Below are positions 60,209-64,000 of a stretch of 64,000 bases of DNA, piece after piece (position 1 is the first letter of the stretch; each line of letters begins with the position of its first letter). Source of the DNA: Spirochaetota bacterium. GTDB lineage: Bacteria > Spirochaetota > UBA12135 > COTS27 > CBDBHE01. The position numbers and the translations under genes were made by a program. The stretch covers positions 1 through 64,000 of the forward strand of contig CBDBHE010000007.1 of the NCBI GenBank assembly GCA_965205605.1, written 5' to 3'. Under the pieces are notes generated by a model, which saw only the letters and a program-made list of their open reading frames with translations, was not told the origin of the DNA and ran no database searches.

Positions 60209-61220
60209 ATCAATTTATCATTTTATTTTTCTAATCTTTCTTTTTTTAGACAACCGTTATTTATTAGCTCAAGAAAGCCAAGATAAAAAAATTTTAGAAA
60301 AAATAAAAGAAACTTTTTATTATGGAACTTATCAAGAACAAGCTGATATCTTACAAAATTATTCGAAAAAAAAATACCCCACCAATGACAATCGATACAT
60401 TCAAGCCATTGGAATTTTAATCAAAAACGAAGAAACCAATCCAATAATCAATTTTAGATTAGTAGAAACAATTTCTTCTCTAAAGTTAAAAAATTACTAC
60501 AAACATTTTGAAACTATTTTGAAAAAAGATGATCCTTTAAAAAAAGATCGAGAAACAATTGCTCTTATAGAAAAAACACTAAAAACGATGTGTGATTTGA
60601 CCAATAAAATTTATAGCGACTTCTTTAAAAATTATTTTGATGATCCAAAAAAAAATCGAGAAAATAACAGCCTTATCGCTACTTGCATTTTAGGGCTAGG
60701 GATCACACAAGCGTCTGATTATAGAGAAAAAATAAAAAAACTCTATTTAGAAAGCTCTCAAGAAGCCATTAAAAAAAATATTATAACCAGCATTAGCTTA
60801 TACAAACAAGGAGAAGATATTTCTTTTTTTGAGGAAATTATTAATTCGGAAGAAGAAAAAGAATATTATAAATGGATTGCCATTATTGCTCTTAAAGAAT
60901 ATGCCCCTAATAAAAATGCACAAAAAATTTTAATTGAAAATACAAAATCAAAAAATCCTAAAATAAGCTCTAGAGCGATTTATGCTCTAAGTGATTTTGA
61001 TAAAACATTAATTTACCCTATTTTTGTAGAGGGTAGTAAAAATAATTCTGTTATTGTACGCACAGAAGCAATTAAAGCACTTAGATTCTTTAAAGATGAG
61101 CAAACAAACAAACTTTTAAAGTATAAATACAAATATGATCCTGAATATCGTGTTAGAGAAGCCGCTAAAACAATCCTAATGGAACGAAAAGTAATTAGTG
61201 ATGAAGCAAAAAAAAAATAA
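60195..61220 (+). CDS. Exported HEAT-repeat protein
   Basis: Signal peptide; HEAT-like repeats (RAIYALS, VRTEAIKAL, YDPEYRVREAA). Confidence 0.7.
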   Translation: MKKFKSIYHFIFLIFLFLDNRYLLAQESQDKKILEKIKETFYYGTYQEQADILQNYSKKKYPTNDNRYIQAIGILIKNEETNPIINFRLVETISSLKLKNYYKHFETILKKDDPLKKDRETIALIEKTLKTMCDLTNKIYSDFFKNYFDDPKKNRENNSLIATCILGLGITQASDYREKIKKLYLESSQEAIKKNIITSISLYKQGEDISFFEEIINSEEEKEYYKWIAIIALKEYAPNKNAQKILIENTKSKNPKISSRAIYALSDFDKTLIYPIFVEGSKNNSVIVRTEAIKALRFFKDEQTNKLLKYKYKYDPEYRVREAAKTILMERKVISDEAKKK

Positions 61221-61228
61221 CGACTTTA

Positions 61229-63340
61229 TTATTGACTAAAGTCATTTAAGATATAAATACTTTCTTCAAGATAAGCATCTTTTTCTAACTCACGATACCA
61301 ATCTTGAGCGTTTTTTTTCTTTTCTTTAAACCCAATTTTTTCTTTTTCTCCTTTAGAATATTTTTTTTCCAAAAAAGCAAGACTTCTTTTTTCTAAATTA
61401 ATGTCTTGAAGTTTGTCACTCCATTTTTTAACTTCATTTCTATTTTCAAAATAATTTTTTCTATCTAAATTAATAAGTGTATCTTTATTACGTTTTCTAA
61501 TATCATTTTCGTGTTCATTTAAGAAAGCAAAAAAAGTATTTTCTTTAACTCTTTGACGGCTTTTTTTTCTTAGAGAATTAAAGTCAAAAGAACGATTCCA
61601 TGGCTCATAAGAAACTTCATTAATTTCGTCCCAAGGAAGGGAGTAATCCAAACCTTTTTCACCATAATCATCTGAAAAGCTATAAATATCTGGTAAAACA
61701 ATATCTGAATTGACTCCTTTAAATTGGGTAGTGCCTCCATTAATACGATAAAATTTTTGGATTGTCAGACGCAATGTCCCAAAAGATTTATATTTACTAT
61801 CAACTAAAGCTCTAAAAATTTGGTCTAAAGGAAGCAACTGCTGAACGGTCCCTTTACCAAAACTATGTGCGGATCCAACAATAATTGCTCTTTTATAATC
61901 TTGAAGAGCAGCGGCTAAAATTTCAGAAGCTGAAGCACTACTGGCATTGATTAAAATAACCAAAGGGCCTTCATAAACAATTTTTTTATCAGGATCTTCA
62001 TAAATATTAATGCCTTTATATTGATTAAGCACTTGCACAATAGGCCCTTTTCTAACAAAAAGTCCTGCTGTTTCAATGGCATCAACCAAAGCCCCTCCAC
62101 TATTATCTCTTAAGTCAAGTAAGATCCCCTTAACTCCCATTTTATTAAATTTGATCAATTCTTTTCTAACATCATCGCTGGCATTTCTCCCACCACTGTC
62201 TTGAAAATCTCGATAAAATTTAGGCAAATAAATATACCCAAAAGTAGTCCTTGCCTCTTTGTTTAGTTTAATAGCCGCTGATCTAGCATAGGTTTCTTCA
62301 ATGACAACCACATCTCGAACAATAGGGATTTCTATAAAACTTCCATCTTTTTTCTTTACCGTAAGACAAACTTTTGTTCCTTTTTTTCCTCTGATAAATC
62401 GCACTACTTCGGAAGGGGTCATCCCCACGACATCAATAGGTTCCTTATCTCCCTGTCCTACTTTAAGAATAATATCCCCAGCCTTTAGTTGTTTTTGTCT
62501 ATAAGAAGCACTGCCGGGAATAATGCGAATGACTTCAATAAAGCCATCTTTACCAGAAAGCACTGCCCCAATACCTTCTAATTTACCAGACATAGAAATA
62601 TCAAAATCTTCTTTACTACTAGGAGGCAAGAAAGAAGAATGCGGGTCGTGGGGATTGATAATGGAGTTTAGATAAACATTAAATTGTTCGGTTGTGGAAA
62701 TTTCTATAAGACGTTTGAAAAAAAGATTGATTTCTTTTTTAACATATTTATTAGCCTTTTTTTCTAAAACTGTAAATGGTATTTTTTTTTTAGAATTTTC
62801 TTCTTTATTTTTTTCTAAATAAATTTTATCTAAAATAGCAAGTTTGATTTTTTTTCTCCAAAAATCTTTTAATTCTCCATTAGTTGCAAAAAAATCTCTT
62901 TTTTCAGGATCCACTTCAAACGCCTCTTTTTTTTCATAATTAAAAGAAGAATCAAATAATGTTTCAACAATTTTTTTCATAAGTCGCACACGTTTTTCCT
63001 TAAGTGTCATAACGATTTTGAAAAAATCTAAATTAGCTTTCTTAAGTTGATCGTCAATTTCTGTCTGATAACGATTAATAATAACAATATCTTTTTGTAG
63101 AAAAAACTCTTTATTATAATCAATTCTTTTTAAATAAAGTTCATAAACTTTTTTAGAAAAAAGATCATTATAAATTTGAGGGTTGTAATGATGAGTTTTC
63201 ACAGAACTCATAATCAATTTAGTTAATATTTCTTCTCTTGAAAGATTTTTGTTTCCAAGAGAACAATTAGAAAGTAAGATTAAAAAACAAATTGTAAAAA
63301 TAACAAAACGATTTAAAAAAAAATATTTTTTCAATTTCAT
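61229..63340 (-). CDS. prc: Carboxy-terminal processing (tail-specific) protease, S41
   Basis: DPHS, LEGIGA.L PDZ, LDLRDNSGGAL, SASASEILAAALQDY.RA, GKGTVQ, KFYRINGGTTQ, DUF3340-type tail. Confidence 0.93.
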   Translation of the reverse strand: MKLKKYFFLNRFVIFTICFLILLSNCSLGNKNLSREEILTKLIMSSVKTHHYNPQIYNDLFSKKVYELYLKRIDYNKEFFLQKDIVIINRYQTEIDDQLKKANLDFFKIVMTLKEKRVRLMKKIVETLFDSSFNYEKKEAFEVDPEKRDFFATNGELKDFWRKKIKLAILDKIYLEKNKEENSKKKIPFTVLEKKANKYVKKEINLFFKRLIEISTTEQFNVYLNSIINPHDPHSSFLPPSSKEDFDISMSGKLEGIGAVLSGKDGFIEVIRIIPGSASYRQKQLKAGDIILKVGQGDKEPIDVVGMTPSEVVRFIRGKKGTKVCLTVKKKDGSFIEIPIVRDVVVIEETYARSAAIKLNKEARTTFGYIYLPKFYRDFQDSGGRNASDDVRKELIKFNKMGVKGILLDLRDNSGGALVDAIETAGLFVRKGPIVQVLNQYKGINIYEDPDKKIVYEGPLVILINASSASASEILAAALQDYKRAIIVGSAHSFGKGTVQQLLPLDQIFRALVDSKYKSFGTLRLTIQKFYRINGGTTQFKGVNSDIVLPDIYSFSDDYGEKGLDYSLPWDEINEVSYEPWNRSFDFNSLRKKSRQRVKENTFFAFLNEHENDIRKRNKDTLINLDRKNYFENRNEVKKWSDKLQDINLEKRSLAFLEKKYSKGEKEKIGFKEKKKNAQDWYRELEKDAYLEESIYILNDFSQ

Positions 63341-63425
63341 AGTGATAATAAAAGACAGGTTCTTAAAAAACAGACCTTCATTTTAACTTGAATTAAAATC
63401 TTAAACAATGATAAATTAAAAAATA

Positions 63426-64000
63426 ATGAGTGCTATAATTTTAGATGGAAGAGAAATAAGTCGCTCAATTTTAGAAGGACTTAAAAAAAAAGTTAAACAA
63501 ATTAAATCAAAATACAATATCGTTCCTGGACTGACAACTCTTTTAATTGGAGATCATCCTGCTTCAAAATCGTATGTTCGCTTAAAAATAAAAACAGCCA
63601 AAGAGCTTGGTTTTTATGAAGTGCAAGATGATCAACAAAGCTCTATTACCCAAGAAGCTCTTTTAAAAAAAATAAATTCTTATAATCAAGATAAAAACAT
63701 CCACGGGATTCTCTTGCAGCTTCCTTTACCCAAACACCTCGACTCAAAAAAAATTCTTTTATCCATTAACCCCAATAAAGATGTAGATGGATTTCATCCT
63801 TTCAATGTAGGTAATTTGGTCATCGAAGGAGAAAACAATCTTTTTACTCCTTGTACCCCAGCAGGCATCTTAGAACTCCTTCGTCGCTACAATATCGAAG
63901 TAAAAGGAAAAGAAGTGGTTATTGTAGGTCGCTCTAATATTGTTGGCAAACCTATGGCAAATTTATTATTTCAAAAAACATCTTCTGCAAATGCAACTGT
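63426..64000 (+). CDS. folD: Bifunctional methylenetetrahydrofolate dehydrogenase/cyclohydrolase (3'-truncated by the window)
   Basis: MSAIILDG, PGL....IGDHPAS.SYV..K, IHGILLQLPLP, KDVDGFHP.N.G, PCTPAG, GRSNIVGKP. Confidence 0.95.
   Translation, partial: MSAIILDGREISRSILEGLKKKVKQIKSKYNIVPGLTTLLIGDHPASKSYVRLKIKTAKELGFYEVQDDQQSSITQEALLKKINSYNQDKNIHGILLQLPLPKHLDSKKILLSINPNKDVDGFHPFNVGNLVIEGENNLFTPCTPAGILELLRRYNIEVKGKEVVIVGRSNIVGKPMANLLFQKTSSANAT

Noticed and set aside
5372-62504. Many 60-160 aa ORFs nested in or antisense to long genes (e.g. 21901..22386, 53304..53612, 12457..12687)
   Set aside because: They overlap well-supported genes and have no recognisable motifs; shadow ORFs.

Overview
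Very AT-rich bacterial chromosome segment. Gene content points to a Spirochaetota (Leptospira/Brevinema-like) organism, but this is inference: bat operon, three-subunit sdhCAB, flgI-flgJ, RecBCD, imelysin/di-haem iron module, FecR lipoprotein, FlgD-Ig/OmpA giant protein. Mostly housekeeping genes: batB-E, serA, dapF, sdhCAB, AAA+/VWA pair, ferredoxin, RNase P RNA, plsC, ygfA, tRNA-Leu(CAA), SahR-like regulator, recCBD, secA, nnr, hisC, prc and partial folD. An accessory patch at about 19.1-25.9 kb holds a decayed IS1595 transposase directly followed by an intact Dam-like methylase and PD-(D/E)XK nuclease, a GC-richer secreted GH2 glycosidase, and an abutting EVE plus PD-(D/E)XK nuclease pair. 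The best candidate for an undescribed system is a coupled four-gene minus-strand operon (43.7-53.3 kb). It encodes a 1991-aa Ig-repeat/OmpA envelope protein with 4.1 near-identical 684-bp tandem units, a membrane class III nucleotide cyclase lacking the canonical purine-selecting Lys/Glu, a coiled-coil membrane protein and a secreted protein. Also notable: a Dictyostelium PdeD/PdeE-like MBL-cNMP phosphodiesterase, a duplicated 63-bp promoter/operator before the iron-uptake genes, and an A9-run frameshift in batB. All calls come from motif recognition by eye; no searches were run.
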